25,308 bases of DNA from IMG/VR virus record IMGVR_UViG_3300027741_000253, positions 1 through 25,308 of that record; one strand, 5' to 3'. The notes below the pieces were generated by a model. The model saw nothing but the letters and a program-made list of their open reading frames with translations. It was not told the origin of the DNA and did not search any database. Position 1 is the first letter of the stretch. Each line of letters opens with the position of its first letter. Origin of the DNA: a virus. Lineage: Duplodnaviria > Caudoviricetes. A program made the position numbers and the translations under genes. This document shows positions 24,704 to 25,308 of this stretch, in pieces.

Positions 24704-25308
24704 TGCAGTTTAGCCTTTTTCTTTTCAAGATTTATTTTTTCACGTTCAAGACGTTTAGCTTCTTTAATGTGAGTTGGAGTTACTTGTTCTCTACCTGCTT
24801 CAATTTCTTTTTGGTGGTAGTTCCAAGCATTCTTTTCAGACCGTAATTTACGATCTTCTTTGTCTACTTTACGTTGCTCTGGAGTTTTGCCATATACAGG
24901 AAAACCTAGTGTACCCAATGCTGCACGTTTAAGACCTTCTCCGGGTGGAGCTGTATCCGCAGCTTGTATTTGAAAAGGTGTAGCAGATTGAGCAATAACT
25001 TTAGCACGACCAAGAGCTTCATCAATTTTAGGATTGCCAGTGTAATCTTCTGGAATAAGTTTTTGGGCTTGAGGACTAGCGTACTCCGTACCAGCCAAAC
25101 CAACCCACAAAGCTTTAGGCACAAACCCTAACTTACTAGCAAGTGTTTTGTCTGGATCAGCAATCCAATGGTACGGTTCCATAGCGTGTTTCATAGCTTG
25201 CATAGACGTACCATCAGGCCATTCAATACGAGTTGGATCTTTGTTCTCCCAGCTAGGACGATTAGCTGTCATCAAGTTAATGCCGTTGATCAAAGTAAAG
25301 TAAGTCAA
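24700..25308 (-). CDS. C-terminal part of a large late protein (possibly internal virion/ejection protein)
   Basis: Open frame to the window edge; ATGA overlap with the ATP-grasp gene; late-arm position. Confidence 0.55.
   Translation of the reverse strand: MTYFTLINGINLMTANRPSWENKDPTRIEWPDGTSMQAMKHAMEPYHWIADPDKTLASKLGFVPKALWVGLAGTEYASPQAQKLIPEDYTGNPKIDEALGRAKVIAQSATPFQIQAADTAPPGEGLKRAALGTLGFPVYGKTPEQRKVDKEDRKLRSEKNAWNYHQKEIEAGREQVTPTHIKEAKRLEREKINLEKKKAKLQ

Noticed and set aside
1-25308. Integrase, CRISPR array, introns/inteins, reverse transcriptase, stop-codon recoding
   Set aside because: None seen; core genes are uninterrupted, of normal length, and use standard stop codons

Overview
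This window is part of a tailed dsDNA phage genome (podovirus-type, two-armed layout like the LUZ24/PaP3/phiEco32 class; a Burkholderiales-like host is inferred, not shown). The late operon runs on the minus strand from ~5433 leftwards: a basic DUF6321-like protein, TerS, TerL, portal, a small protein, a GroES-like co-chaperonin and a probable scaffold. A ~900-bp non-coding control region (5434-6350) separates it from the plus-strand arm. That arm carries small early genes, a CobT-like vWA/CobS-like AAA+ pair, primase, DnaB-like helicase, family A DNA polymerase, a putative SSB, a 5'-3' exonuclease, an endonuclease I-like resolvase, mosaic small genes and a very acidic protein. It converges at a bidirectional terminator (~20515-20558) with the distal minus-strand genes: a partial virion protein, a PurD-like ATP-grasp ligase, a fibre-like protein, a lysozyme, a membrane protein, a holin-like protein and a metallophosphoesterase. 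The most notable unexplained signals are non-coding. They are two paralogous GC-rich folded elements with template-strand GNA mini-hairpins ahead of early gene clusters, a compact pseudoknotted RNA-like element between the SSB and exonuclease genes, a repeated hairpin-plus-RBS leader, and host-factor sites (Fur box, IHF, parS). All calls come from reading the sequence by eye; no searches were run.
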